From positions 63,180,001 through 63,244,000 of the forward strand of contig NC_086108.1 of NCBI RefSeq assembly GCF_963921235.1: a stretch of DNA of 64,000 nt, given 5' to 3'. A program made the position numbers and the translations under genes. The stretch comes from Mobula hypostoma (taxonomy: Eukaryota). Shown piece after piece: positions 13,887 to 27,345 of this stretch. Below the pieces are notes generated by a model. It searched no databases, was not told the DNA's origin, and worked only from the letters and a program-made list of their open reading frames with translations. The first letter of the stretch is position 1. Every line of letters begins with the position of its first letter.

Positions 13887-13962
13887 GTAAGTGTGTTTTT
13901 CTTTTTGTAACTTTGCACTGTTTCCGGAGAAGTGGAAATACATGATCATAAACTGTACTGTA

Positions 13963-16495
13963 TAGACATAGAACATAGAATAGTACAGCACAGTACAGGC
14001 CCTTTGGCCCGCAATGTTGTGCCGACCCTCAAACCCTGCTTCCCATATAAGCCCCCACCTTGAATTCCTCCATATACCTGTCTAGTAGTCTCTTAAACTT
14101 CACTAGTGTATCTGCCTCCACCAATGACTCAGGCAGTGCATTCCACGCACCAACCACTCTCTGAGTAAAAAACCTTCCTCTAATATCCCCCTTGAACTTC
14201 CCACCCCTTACCTTAAGCCATGTCCTCTTGTATTGAGCAGTGGTGCCCTGGGGAAGAGGTGCTGGCTATCCACTCTATCTATTCCTCTTATTATCTTGTA
14301 CACCTCTATCATGTCTCCTCTCGTCCTCCTTCTCTCCAAAGACTAAAGCCCTAGCTCCCTTAATCTCTGATCATAATGCATACTCTCTAAACCAGGCAGC
14401 ATCCTGGTAAATCTCCTCTGTACCCTTTCCAATGCCTCCACATCCTTCCTATAGTGAGGCAACCAGAACTGGACACAGTACTCCAAGTGTGGCCTAACCA
14501 GAGTTTTATAGAGCTGCAACACACATCAAAGTTGCTGGTGAATGCAGCAGGCCAGGCAGCATCTCTAGGAAGAGGTACAGTCGACGTTTCGGGCCGAGAC
14601 CCTTCGAAGGGTCTCGGCCTGAAACGTCAACTGTACCTCTTCCTAGAGATGCTGCCTGGCCTGCTGCGTTCACCAGCAACTTTGATGTGTGTTGCTTGAA
14701 TTCCCAGCATCTGCAGAATTCCTCGTGTTTGTGTTTTATAGAGCTGCATCATTACATTGCGACTCTTAAACTCTATCCCTCGACTTATGAAAGCTAACAC
14801 CCCATAGGGTTTCTTAACTACCCTATCCACCTGTGAGGCAACTTGCAGGGATCTATGGACATGTACCCCCAGATCACTCTGCTCCTCCACACTACCAAGT
14901 ATCCTGCCATTTACTTTGTACTCTGCCTTGGAGTTTGTCCTTCCAAAGCGTACCACCTCACACTTCTCTGGGTTGAACTCCATCTGCCACTTCTCAGCCC
15001 ACTTCTGCATTCTATCAATGTCTCTCTGCAATCTTTGACAATCCTCTACCCTATCTACAGCACCACCAACCTTTGTGGCGTCTGCGAACTTGCCAACCCA
15101 CCCTTCTACCCCAACATCCAGGTCGTTAATAAAAATCACAAAAAGTAGTGGTCCCAGAACAGATCCTTGTGGGACACCACTAGTCACAATCCTCGAATCT
15201 GAATGTACTCCTTCCACTACGACCCTCTGCCTTCTACAGGCAAGCCAATTTTGAATCCACCTGGCCAAACTTCCCTGGATCCCATGCCTTCTGACTTTCT
15301 GAATAAGCCTACCATGTGGAACCTTGTCAAATGCCTTACTAAAATCCATATAGATCACATCCACTGCACTACCCTCATCTATATGCCTGGTCACCTCCCC
15401 AAAGAACACTATCAGGTTTGTTAGACACGATCTGCCCTTCACAAAGCCATGCTGACTGTCCCTGATCAGACAATGATTCTCTAAATGCCCAGAGTCCTAT
15501 CTCTAAGAATCTTTTCCAACAGCTTTCCCACCACAGACATAAGGCTCACTGGTCTATAATTACCCGGGCCATCTCTACTACCTTTTTTGGACAAGGGGAC
15601 AACATTTGCCTCCCTCCAATCCTCTGGTACCATTCCCGTGGGCAACGAGGACATAAAGATCCTAGCCAGAGGCTCAGCAATCTCCTCCCTCGCCTCGTGG
15701 AGCAGCCTGGGGAAGATTCCGTCAGGCCCCAGGGGCTTATCCGTCCTAATGTATTTTAACAACTCTAACACCTCTTCTCCCTTAATATCAACATGCTCCA
15801 GAACGTCAACCTCACTCATATTGTCCTCACCATCATCAAGTTCCCTCTCATTGGTAAATACCGAAGAGAAGTATTCATTGAGGACCTCGCTCACTTCCAC
15901 AGCCTCCAGGCACATCTTCCCACTTTTATCTCTAATTGGTCCTACCTTCACTCCTGTCATTCTTTTTTTCTTCACATACTTGGGGTTTTCCTTTACCCTA
16001 CTTGCCAAGGCCTTCTCATGCCCCCTTCTTGCTCTTCTCAGCTCCTTCTTTCTTCCCTATATTCCTCAATAGACCCATCTGATCCTTGCTTCCTGAACCT
16101 CATGTATGCTGCCTTCTTCCACCAGACTAGATTTTCCACGTCACCCATGGTTCCTTCACCCTACCATTCTTTATCTTCCTCACCCTACCATTCTTTATCT
16201 TCCTCACCGGAACAGATTTATCCCTAACATCCTGCAAGAGATCTCTAAACATCGACCACATGTCCATAGTACATTTCCCTGCAAAAACATCATCCCAATT
16301 CACACCGGCAAGTTTTAGCCTTAAAGCCTCATAATTTGCCCTTCCCCAATTAAAAATTTTCCTGTCCTCTCTGATTCTATCCTTTTCCATGATATTGCTG
16401 AAGGCCAGGGAGCGGTGGTCACTGTCCCCCAGACACTCACCCACTGAGAGATCTGTGATCTGACCCGGTTCATTATCTAGTACTAGATCTAGTAC
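13963..16495 (-). mobile_element. CR1 LINE, 5'-truncated, relatively young ORF2
   Basis: ORFs 16127-16444, 15481-16008 and 14627-15442 carry LGDSDH, GPDGIFPRLL, NYRPVSL, DFSKAFDKVPH, SGVPQGSVLGPLLF and KFAD. The 3' tail (catagaa)n is at 13965-13980. Confidence 0.95.
14519..14732 (+). mobile_element. Penelope-derived foldback mini-element with 16-bp TSD, inserted in CR1
   Basis: Near-perfect inverted arms centred on ccttcgaagg (~14605). TSD gttttatagagctgca at 14503-14518 and 14733-14748. Sequence matches the terminus of the Penelope-like element at 38572. Confidence 0.9.
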
Positions 16496-16499
16496 TAGT

Positions 16500-16840
16500 A
16501 TGTTATAGTCAGGAATGAAACCCTCTTTATGGGGGAATTAAAGTGTGTTGTAAAAATGATGAGGGGGCGGGGGCGAGTGAAGGACATGTGAGGTGTCACA
16601 GATGTAGGTGGGACTGCTTTGGACACGGGGAGACAGGATGGAGTCAAGGTATGAGGAGGTAAGTTTGGTGGGGCAAGAGCAGACAGAAACAATGGTCCTA
16701 CTACCATGACAATCCTCCTTGTGGATATTAGATAAGAGGTAGAAGTGAGAATAATGGGATTGGGACATTATCAGGTAAGAGGCTGTTGAAGAGAGATCTC
16801 CTGATGTAATGAGATCCATGAAAGTGTGGGAGATGATAAA
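16500..16840 (-). mobile_element. Penelope-like element RT fragment
   Basis: DLITSGDL..FYLLSNIHKEDCHGSRTIVSVCSCPT..SSYLDSILSP resembles the PLE RT motif FYLLPKIHK..PGRPIVS. Confidence 0.8.
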
Positions 16841-17371
16841 ATAACTATACTATATTTGGCAAAGTCTTTGTTGAAAAAGAAAATAACATATAAATTAACT
16901 GCTTTGGATTTGCTTTTCTGTCACTAGGAATGCTTTTATATTAGCATTATAATCAGAAATATATTCAATATGAGATAAATTCATATGGTATATTCAAGAC
17001 GACATTACCTCATAAGTTACATTTTACAAAAAACCTAGACCAAAATTTCAGTTATTGGCTGAACTAGCTTAGGGGTCGGTTTCCTCACTATTTGTCAAAG
17101 TTGCTGTTATTGAAGTAACTTGGATATTGGGCTGCTAATTATCTGTTATAGTGTCAGTAAAGATGATACTTTTTTCTCTTTTTCATGTAACATTGATTGT
17201 GCTCTGAAGAATTTGGGCTACAGCTGGAATAAAAATTTCACATCATTACACATGCACATATCCAGTCTTAATAGGTGAATTATAATGGGCCTTGTGGGAT
17301 TGCAGAGCATTGAGAGTCATAGAGTTGTACAGCGAGGAAAAGGCCCTTCAACCCATGCTGACCAAGATGTA

Positions 17372-20300
17372 CAGTGGCATGCAAAAGTTTGGGCAGCTCT
17401 GATCAAAATTTCTGTTGCTGTGAATAGCTAAGCAAATAAAAGATGAACTGATTTCCAAAAGGCATAAAGTTAAAGATGACACATTTCTTTAATATTTTGA
17501 GCCAGAAATCTTTTTTATTTCCATCTTTTACAGTTTCAAAATACGGTAATAAAAAAGGAAAAGGGCCAGAAGCAAAGGTTTGGGCACCCTGCATGGCAGT
17601 CCTTAGTAACACCCCCTTTGGCAAGTACCACAGCTTGTAAATGCTTTTTGTAGCCAGCTAAGAGTCCTTCAATTCCTGTTTGGGGGATTTCTGCCCACTC
17701 TTCCTTGAAAAAGGCTTCTAGTGGGGTTCCGGTGACATCATCGTTCAGAATGGCAGCTTAAATCAACAGCTCCTCCGGAAAAATGCATATTTTACCCCGT
17801 TAATCCATCGTATAAGATCTTTCGAAAATATCTGAATTGATAAGGGGGCAAGAATGGAGATAAAAAAAGCATCACTGCGGAGCCTATGGAAGAGAGAGGT
17901 ACAGCTCGCGGCTCTCCTACATGTGCGCGTGGCGACGAAGCTGACGATGGGCCTCATGCAGGCAAAGCAGCAAATATGATAAGGATTCTGGAAGAGATAA
18001 GGGAAGTCTAAAGAGATATAAAGCAGCAACTCAAAGATATAAAGTCAGAGCTCGCCAACGTCAATCGGAAAGTAGCAGTTTTTTAGAGACTCGAATTGAG
18101 AAGGTGGATGATCGTGGGCAAAATGTGGAACAGATACTAAGTAAGATGATAAAAATACTAAATCAATAGGAAAGTAAATTGCTTGACCAGGAGGGAAGAT
18201 CTCGACGGAAAAATATCAGGATTTATAATGTTCCTGAAGGAGCGGAGGGATTGTCGATGATGGACTTTGTAGACAAGCTGCTGTGGGAAGCGCTGGAGAT
18301 TTTCCCCAGACTATGGAGATTGAAATTGAGAGGGCGCATTGTTCGCTTGTCCAGCGGCCTTCCGGAGACAGATAAAGTAAACCACGCTCAATAGTACTTA
18401 AATTCTTTCGATTCAAGAACAAGGCAGAGATTCTACGAAGGGCCTGGGGTAAGAAGAGGGTTTTTTGGAACAGGAAGTTAATATACTTCGATCATGATTA
18501 CCCCCCAGCGGTCCTATAGAAACGGAAGGAATATTCCGAAGCGAAACGAATATTAAAGCAAAAAAAGATTAAATTCCAAACCTTGTACTCTGCTAAACTG
18601 AGGGTATTTTACCAAGAAGGGATGCGACTGTACCAGACGGTGGAGGAGGCGACTACAGACATGAACAACCGAGGACTGTCCATTAGCGTGGTCAAACCAA
18701 GGGAAAGTCTGGCTGAGCAGTTGTTCCGAGCTGCTTGGGAAATAGTAAGAGAACCTAGAAAGCAGGGGACGGGAGCAGGACAAGAGAAGGATATTAGGAA
18801 GAGACTGTCAGTTCTCTGAGGGCAGCCCTCACCTCCTCCAGAAGAGCCGTAAGGTTTGGCTAACTTCAAAAGTGCTGATAAACTAAACGGAAGCAAAAAT
18901 AGACGGTGATATACCTATCTCGAGAAATACGTGTTATAATGTGGATTTTATATTACTCAACTTTTTAAAATTCATTTATTCATTCCTTTTTCCCCACCTA
19001 AATGAGAATATATATATGGGAGGAATACACAGGGAAATCATTTCTGTGTAATGGACATAGTTTTTTAAAATTTTATAGGTACTGCAACAGGGTCCCTCAA
19101 CCCACAGGTTGGAGGGGCTATCCCCCATGGCTAGACTTTTCTTCTAACCCAATCCAGGGTCATCTAGAGATCCCAGCCTTGGAATCACACCTTTGTTAAC
19201 TTTTTTTTAATTATTTGTATTTCTTGGCTCTTACTTGTTCAGGGAGTAGATCGATTAAGTTATATTCTGCAAATTTCAATGATATACTAACAGATAAATA
19301 CACATGGCTAAGGACAAAGTAAAATTCATTTCTTTTAATGTTAATGGGCTGTTGAATCCAGTCAAGCGCAGTAAAATTCTATCAAAAATGAAAAAAGAAC
19401 AAGCCCCTGTAGTATATTTACAGGAAACTCACTTAAGTGATAATGAGCATGGAAAATTAAAGAGAATGGGCTTCACTAATTTGTTTTTCTCCTCATATAA
19501 ATCAGGACATAGAAGAGGAGTTGCTATTCTCATCTCAAGTAAGCTAAATTTTGAAAAAGTAGTCGAAATGGGAGATAAGGAGGGCAGATATATTCTGGTA
19601 AGGGGGAATATAAATGGAAATCCAATTACTTTATTGAATATATATGCACCCCAGGAAATGATATTAGTTTCTTCCAGAAAATTACTAATATTATGGTAAC
19701 GAAACAGAAGGTCTCCTGATATGTGGGGGAGACTTAAATTTACAATTACAACCAAAGTTAGACTCTTCCGACAGAAAAACTTATGAAACAAAGTCCTTAC
19801 ATAAAAAAAAGTTAACATTCATTTTGAGGATGTTGGTCTAATTGATATATGGAGGGACCTTTTCCCCGGCAGAAGGGATTACACTCATTATTCTGCTGCC
19901 CATTCCGTATATACAAGAATAGACAATTTCATAACATTTGGAAAAGATAGAGACAAAATAATCACCTGTGGAATTGGGACAATAGATGTAAGTGACCATA
20001 CACCTATATTTTTATCTGTTGATTTTGACCTACATACTATTTGGAAACTAAATTCAAGTCTACTGAACGACCCTATTTTAAGGAACAAATTAAAAAAGAA
20101 ATTGGTCTTTACTTAGAATTCAATGATAATGGAGAGGTTTTACCTCCCATTCTATGGGATACTCTGAAGGCTGTCTTAAGAGGGAAAATTATAGCGATAT
20201 CTTCATATAGAAAAAAATAAGGAATAGAACATTAGAGGAATTACCAAATAAGCTGAAGGAACTAGAAAAAAAACACAAATTGAGTTTGGCACAGGATACA

Positions 20301-22345
20301 CTAGAGGAAATTTAAAAAATTAGGAATGAAATTTATAACTTGGCTACGCAAGAAATTAGAAAAAATTTGATGTTTCTGAAGTAGAGACACTGAAAGTGGA
20401 TCTAAATCTCTGAAAATACTGGTGTGGAAACTGAAAAAAAGATAGCAGAAAATACAATTCATAGAATAAGGGATCCAAGAACAAAAATGATAAAAAATAA
20501 GCTAAGTGAAATTCAAGAAGCTTTTGAAATGTTTTACAAAACTCTATATTCCAAAGTTCCAGGGGGAAGCGTAACCCAAATTGACCTTCCTGAATTCTTT
20601 AGAGTTGCCCTCTTTAAGCAAAGAACAAAATAGAATGATGACTGCTGACATAACTGAAGCTGAACTAAAAACTGCAATTAGTAGGCTTAAATTAAGCAAG
20701 TCACCAGGTTCAGATGGATATACGGCAGAGTGGTATAAAGAGTTTAGAAGTGAGTTAATTCCTGTTTTACTCTCCACATTGAACTGGACCCTAAGAAAGG
20801 CGCAAATGCCACCCAGCTGGAAGGAGGCGATAATCTCAGCTATACTGAAAGAAGGCAAGGATAAAATGGAATGCGGGTCATTTAGACCAATATCTGTTCT
20901 TAATGTGGATTATAGAATATTTACTTCCATCATGGCCAAAGGATTAGAAGAGTTTCTACCCACACTGATACATAATGATTAGATAGATTTTATACAACAA
21001 TGCCAAACACAAGACCATATACGAAGGACACTTCACATTATGGATCATATTTTAAAAATGAAGTTGAAGCAATAGTGATAAGCGTGGACGCTGAAAAGGT
21101 ATTTGATTCAGTTAATTAGAATTTTCTTTACAGAGTTTTACATAGATTTGGTTGACATGACACAATTATTAAAACTATACAGGCACTATACGACAGTCCT
21201 ACTGCCAGGATTAAAATCAATGGATATTTATCTAATAGTTTTACCCCAGAAAGGGGCACGAGACAGAGTTGTGCATGGTCACCGCTACTCTTCGCATTAT
21301 ATCTGGAACCATTAGCTCAATACATTAGAGAGTAAGACCATATATTTTGGGTATATACCTCAAGAATGGTGGAAAAGAGATAAGTATTTAATGAATGTAC
21401 TGCTGACGGCTGGTAAAAGGACCCTTACCAGGAAATGGTTATCTCAGGAGAGCCCCAACTTTAAATGTATGGATGGAAATTACAATGGACATTTACAAAA
21501 TGGAGAAGATAACAGCATCTGTTAATAATAAGTTGGAACAATTTTATTCACACTGGAAAAAATGGTTTAACTACATAACATCTCATAGGCCTGATTTTAT
21601 TCTCACAAGTCAATGAATATGTTGTAAAAAAAAATCACTCCCTACTCTGTACATAGTTTTCTTCTTTCGATTCTTCTTTCTTTCCTCTACTTTCTATAAG
21701 TGTATACCTCAGATAAATATTATGTGGAGATTTGTGACAAATATGATTATATGATATATATGTACAGTATCTGAAATACCTCTTATGGAAATGTTTGTTT
21801 GATGATGAAATTCAATAAAAAATAAATTACAAAAAAAAAGCAAAAAGCTTATAGTTCTGTCAGATTCTTGGGCCGTCTTGCATGCACTGCTCTTTTGAGG
21901 TCTATCCACAGATTCTCAATGATGTTTAGGTCAGGAGACTGTGAGGGCCATGGCAAAACCTTCAGCTGGCGCATCTTGAGGTAGTCCATTGTGGATTTTG
22001 AGGTACGTTTAGGATCATTATCCTGTTGTAGAAGCCATCCTCTTTTCATCTTCAGCTTTTTTACAGACGGTGTGATGTTTGCTTCCAGAATTTGCTGGTA
22101 TTTAATTGAATTCATTCTTTCCTCTACCAGTAAATACTCCCCGTGTCACTGGCTGCAACACAAGCCCAAAACATGATTGATCCACCCCCGTGCTTAACAG
22201 TTGGAGAGGGGTTCTTTTCATGAAATTCTGCACCCTTTTTTCTCCAAACATACCTTTGCTCATTGCAGCCAAGAAGTTCTATTGAAAGGGTTCAAAGGAA
22301 CATCTAAATAAGCCTGATGCATTTTGGAAACAAGTCCTGTGGACT
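17372..22345 (-). mobile_element. Tc1-like DNA transposon (partial), split by an L1 insertion
   Basis: TA followed by TIR cagtggcatgcaaaagtttggg at 17372. Transposase QQDNDPK...WPSQSPDLNIIENLW at 21849-22115 continues at ~17600-17720. The other TIR is not seen. Confidence 0.9.
17723..21839 (+). mobile_element. Decayed L1-clade LINE (ORF1 and ORF2 with internal deletion near 21330)
   Basis: 5' end ggggttccgg. ORF1 DQEGRSRRKNIRIYNVPEG. Endonuclease SFNVNGL..YLQETH. RT region KSPGSDG, FRPISVLNVD. aataaa plus A tail. Degenerate TSD aaaaaggcttctagt / aaaaagcttatagt. Confidence 0.93.
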
Positions 22346-25230
22346 GATGAAGTTAAAATAGAACTTCCCTGATAGTGTGTTCCAGACATCAATCACTCTT
22401 TTTGGGGGAGAAAAAAATTCCCTTTGCATCTCTTACTTTTCACCTTAAAAAAAAAGCTCTATTGCTTTTGATATTCCTACCTTGGGAAAAGAGACCTTGA
22501 ATATCTGCCCTACCTGTGCCTCTCATAATTTTATATACTTCTATCAGCTCACCTTCTAGATCTCTGGTCGTCAGAAAAATAAACCCAGCTTATCCAGTCT
22601 CTCTCCATAATGAAAGTCTATGTATTGTTTCCAGTGCAATGATGTCGACTAGAACTGAACACTATTCTCTTCAGTGCTGTCTTACAAGTGACTTGCGAAG
22701 TTGCAAAGTAACAACCCCACTTGTATATTTTATGCCTGGACACAAAGGTGAGCATGCCATCCACCTCTGTTACCACTTTCGGGGAACTATTTGGACCCCA
22801 GGTCTCTCTTCGTTCATCAACATTTCTTATTTCCCTATCATATTCAATTGTTAAAGGCCTGAACAGATTAGATATGGTAGGGGATTCTAGGACAAGGGGG
22901 CACGACTTCAGGATTGAAGGGCGTTCTTTTAGAACTGAGATGTGGAGAAATTACTTTAGTCAGGGTAGTAAATCTGTGGAATTTGTTGCCACGAGCAGCT
23001 GTGGAGGCCAAGTCATTGGGTGTATTAGTCATAGGTTCTTGATTAGCCAGGGCATCAAAGGGTATGTGGGGATGACTGGAAGAATTGGATCAGCCCATGA
23101 TTGAATGGTGGAGCAGACTTAATGGGCTGAATAGCCTACTTCTGCTCCTATATCTTATGTTCTTATCATATACTGTATATGTCTTACCCCTGTTTGACTG
23201 TCTTGCACTTGTTGGGATTAAATTCCATCTGCCAGTGCTTTGGCATTTATCCTGTTGTAGGCTTGTACAGCCTTTCTTGCTATTTATAACACCACCAGCT
23301 TTTGTGTACTTTGCAAGAATTGGGTCTGCTGCTAGAGGGGAACCAGCATCTGGTAGGTACTTCAATGAAAGATAGTAAGAACTGAGAATCAATGTGTCCC
23401 TGTGAGTGTAAGACACAATAATGGTAAATTTAAGAAACCTTGGGTATTGAATGTTTGTTCAGGAAAAAGGAGGAAATGTATATCAGGTACAGGAAATTGG
23501 CATTGAATGAATCCTTTGAGTTCTATAGGAGAAATAGGGGAGAAGAAAGAAATTGTGAGGGCAAAAATAGAGCATGAAAGATTTAAGAGAATCCTTGAAG
23601 TTTTTAGAAATGTATCAGAAATAAGAGGGTAGCTAAGGAAAGAGTAGGTCTCCTCAGAGACCAAAGAGGTAATCTCTGTGTGGGGCCAGGCAAAATGGCC
23701 AAGGTAATGAACAGTTCTCATTGGTATTCATTAAGCAGAAGGAGTGGAAGCTGGAGAGTTAAGGGAGGGATATGTTTATATTCCAGAACATGTGTGCATC
23801 AGCAAGTATGAATTGTAAGAAATATTGGAGCCAATTAGGGTGGATGAATCCTGAGGGTCTGATGAAATCTGTTCCAGGATGCTGAAGGAAACAAGAAGTG
23901 ATTGCTGGGGCTTTGACAGACACTTCTGCGTCTTCGTTTGTATTATCATGGATAAGTTATTAGAAGACTTTTGGGTAGCTTATATTGTCCCTTTATTCAA
24001 AAAGAGCAGGAGGATAAACCTGAAAACGAACAGCTAGTGAGCCTTAGGTTAGTGTTTGGGAAGTTATTGGAGAAGATTCCCAGGGGTAAGATTTATGTTC
24101 AGTTGTAAAGTTAGAAACTGAATCGAAGGAGTTAGCATAGTTTTGCACAGGAAAGATCATGTCTCACAGATCTCATTGAGCTTTCTGAGGAAGAAAGGAA
24201 AAAGTTAATGAAGTTGGCATGGTAGATATGTTTATATAGACTTAGGCAAGGTTTTTGATGAGGTCGCACTTGGTAGTCTGGTCCAGGGGGTTAAGCCACA
24301 AGAGATTCATGGTATGTCAGCAATAGGTTTGCCAACTTTCTCACTCCCAAATAAGGGACAAAAGTAGCAGTCAAATACGGGACACTTGTGTTTACCCCGA
24401 GAAAGGCTACCATGACCATGAAGCCTTGCGTGGGCACCTGTGTGCGCATGCATGTACGTGCTGATTTTTTTTCTACAAATCAGTTTTGGCGATTTTGTTC
24501 AGTGAAACTACACTGTCCATACATTATTTCTACTTTATATAGGCTGTGTATTTTATCATATCATTCCTGCTTTTACTATATGTTAGTGTTATTTTAGGTT
24601 TTATGTGTTATTTGGTATGATTTGGTAGGTTATTTTTTGGGTCTGGGAGTACTCAAAATTTTTTCCCATATAAATTAATGGTAATTGCTTCTTCACTTTA
24701 CGCCATTTCGGCACGAAAGGTTTCATAGGAACGCTCTACCTTAGAGGGGGAAATACGGGACAAGGGCGGTCCCGTATGGGACAAACCAATTTAGCCCAAT
24801 ATACGGGATGTCCCGGTTAATACGAGACAGTTGGCAACCCTAGTGACGCAAGCTAGATCCAAAATTGGCTTGGTGATAGGTAGAGCATTGTGGTGTATGG
24901 GTGTTTTTCTGATTGGAAGCCTGTAACAAGTGATGTTGAGCAGGGCTTGGTGCTGGGACAATTGTTTCTAAATATATAAATGACTTGGATGAGAATGAAA
25001 GTGGTATAGTTAATATAGTTAATATAGTCTGCAGAAAATTGTGGAGTTGTAGATATCAAAGAAGATTGTCTAAGTATGTAGTAGACATTGATCAGCAAGA
25101 AAGTTGGGTGGAATGGTGGTAGCTGGAATTTAATGCAGATAAATGTGAGGTAATGCAGTTTCGGACATCAAATTCTGGTAGGATATTTCAAAATAAATGG
25201 CCAGGACCTTGGGAGTATTAATGCGCAGAA
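22346..25230. mobile_element. Cluster of decayed CR1 fragments on both strands
   Basis: SRTRGHDFRIEGRSFRTEMWRNYFSQ on + at 22860-23170, minus-strand 3' pieces on either side, and a degraded + strand RT from ~23330 to 25230. Confidence 0.75.
24324..24842. mobile_element. Non-autonomous hAT (Blackjack-like) element carrying a Tigger-like terminal segment
   Basis: TIRs taggtttgccaact / agttggcaacccta with subterminal gggaca repeats. Internal ~24520-24752 is the reverse complement of ~52412-52645. The TSD is degenerate. Confidence 0.75.
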
Positions 25231-25748
25231 GGCCACATTCTTGAAACAGTGGATCCGATAGGCTATGAGTGCCATTTATTCCATGCTGATTCCTGGAGAT
25301 TGCTTTGCAGCTGAGATTATTAAAGCCGATGAGGCTTTTATTTGCTGGAGATTTGTCATGAATCCTTTCAAGGTGGTAAGTTACATAGATACAGATTGGG
25401 CTATTCATGTTACATTTAATACTAGTGGCAGGATACTTGGCTGGGGTGGGGTTGTATTTTTCTGACACTCTTAAAAATTTACTCTTCAAATCAAAGAAAA
25501 TACCCCAGAGGTTATTGAAATGTTCACTCAAGGTGTTTCCTCATTTATTAATTTTCAAAAGAAGCAATAATTTATAAGTTTCATCAATAGCACGCCAGAG
25601 GGTTACGTCCTCATATTTGCAAAACTCTGGAAATTAGGGTTTATTGTAATTGGTAGTGTTATTTGAAAATTCTTTGATTAGTCATATATACATTTACCAC
25701 AGTAGTTTATAAAAGCCTGAGTAGAATCCCTGAATTTTATTTTGCCAG

Positions 25749-25958
25749 AGTTTTTGCATGCTGTTTTGAAACCTGATGTCGTGGACGAGATCTTCTCCAA
25801 TGCTCGATTAGCAAATGAAACTGATGTTGAAGTTTTGACAGACAACCTCATTGGGAAAGAAGCTGTTCTACTAGATCCTGGAATTCAGTCAAATGCACAA
25901 ATGTATTTCAGTGCTGGTGGATGGGCAGCAGTTGCAGCAACACTTGAAGTAATGGGAG
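25749..25958 (+). CDS. KIAA1958-like gene internal exon (70 codons)
   Basis: Acceptor ttttattttgccag, donor GAG|gtgagt, phase 1 at both ends. Open frame EFLHAVLKPDVVDEIF...YFSAGGWAAVAATLEVMG continues from 13886. Confidence 0.85.
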
Positions 25959-26107
25959 GTGAGTGAAACTTCCTGTTCTCTCATTAACAGTGCAATATTA
26001 CTCCAGTTTACAGATTGTAGGCAAAAATGTCTTGCATGGAATGCATTTGACTCATAAATTACTGATCAAATGTCAGGTATTTAAAAAAAAAAATGTTTTC
26101 TCATGAA

Positions 26108-26260
26108 AACAACAGGAATTCTGCAGATGCTGGAAATTCAAGCAACACACATCAAAGTTGCTGGTGAACGCAGCAGGCCAGGCAGCATCTCTAGGAAACG
26201 TCGACTGCGCCTCTTCCTAGAGATGCTGCCTGGCCTGCTACGTTCACCAGCAACTTTGAC
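26108..26260 (-). mobile_element. Penelope-derived foldback mini-element with 15-bp TSD
   Basis: TSD atgttttctcatgaa at 26093-26107 and 26261-26275. Inverted arms join at ctag|gaaacgtcgac. Confidence 0.9.
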
Positions 26261-26493
26261 ATGTTTTCTCATGAATCGTTTTCATTATGGGGAATTGACG
26301 GGCCTTATTTCACATTTTAACCTTTCCTAGTTAGAATCAGAATCAGGTTTATTATCACCAGCACGTGTCGTGAAGTTTGTTAATTTAGCAGCAGCAGTTC
26401 AATGCAATGCATGATAATATAGAAATAAATAAATTACAGTAAGTATATGAGTATAATGAATAGATTAATATAGTACAAAACAGAAATAATATG

Positions 26494-27195
26494 CAGTGCC
26501 TATAAAAAGTATTCACCCCTTGGAAATTTTCATGTTTTGTTGTTTTACAACATTGAATCACAGTGGATTTAATTTGGCTTTTTTGACACCGCTCAATGGA
26601 AAAAGACACTTTCATGTCAAAGTGAAAACAGATTGTGACAAAGTGATCGAACTTAATTACAAATATACAACAAAGTAATTGATGGCATAAGGATTCACCC
26701 TCTTCCAAGTCAGTATTTACTAGTTGCACCTTTGGCAGCAATTATAGCCTTGAGTCTGTGTGGATAGGTCTCTATCAGCTTTATACATCTGGACACTGCA
26801 ATTTTTCCCCATTCTACTTTACAAAACTGGTCAAGCTCCGTCAGATTGCATGGGGGTCATGAGTGAACAGCCCTTTTCAAGTCCAGCCACAAATTCTCAA
26901 TTGGGTTGAGATCTGGAATCTGACTTGTCCACTCCAGGACATTAATTTTGTTGTTTATAAGCCACCTCTGCATAGCTTTGGCTTTATGCTTGAGGTCACT
27001 GTCTTGCTGGTGGATGGTGGATGGGCAGCAGTTCTTCCAAGTTGCAGTTCTCTTGCAGACTGCATCAGGTTTTTCTCTAGAATTCCATGTATTTTACTGC
27101 ATTCATTGTATCCTCCACCTTCACAATCTGTCCGGGGCCTGCTGCAGTGATGCATCCCTACAGCATGATGCAGCTACCACCTTGCTTCATGATAG
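26494..27195 (-). mobile_element. Tc1-like transposon fragment
   Basis: TIR-like cagtgcctataaaaagtattcacccc, internal repeat ggattcaccc, and a decayed [15 protein letters not shown] on the minus strand near 26880-26940. Confidence 0.75.
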
Positions 27196-27196
27196 G

Positions 27197-27345
27197 GAAC
27201 ATACATAAAATTGAGACCCTTCAGCAGGTCTTGGTCCAAAACATCGACTGTACACTTTTCCATAGATGCTGCCTGGCTTGCCGAGTTCCGCCAGCGTTTT
27301 GTGTGTGTGTTGTTTGGATTTCCAGTATCTGCAGATTTTCTTTGA
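27197..27345 (+). mobile_element. Older Penelope-like terminal fragment with short inversion
   Basis: gagacccttcag|caggtcttggtccaaaacatcgactg...gatgctgcctggc...ccagtatctgcag is a diverged relative of the foldback elements. Confidence 0.65.

Noticed and set aside
16155..16208. 24-bp tandem duplication (RKIKNGRV twice)
   Set aside because: Local slippage inside a dead CR1 with no functional implication.
15587..16227. Plus-strand ORFs of 144-161 aa
   Set aside because: Antisense shadows of CR1 ORF2. The same applies to 48967-49623, 43698-44249 and 34095-34547.
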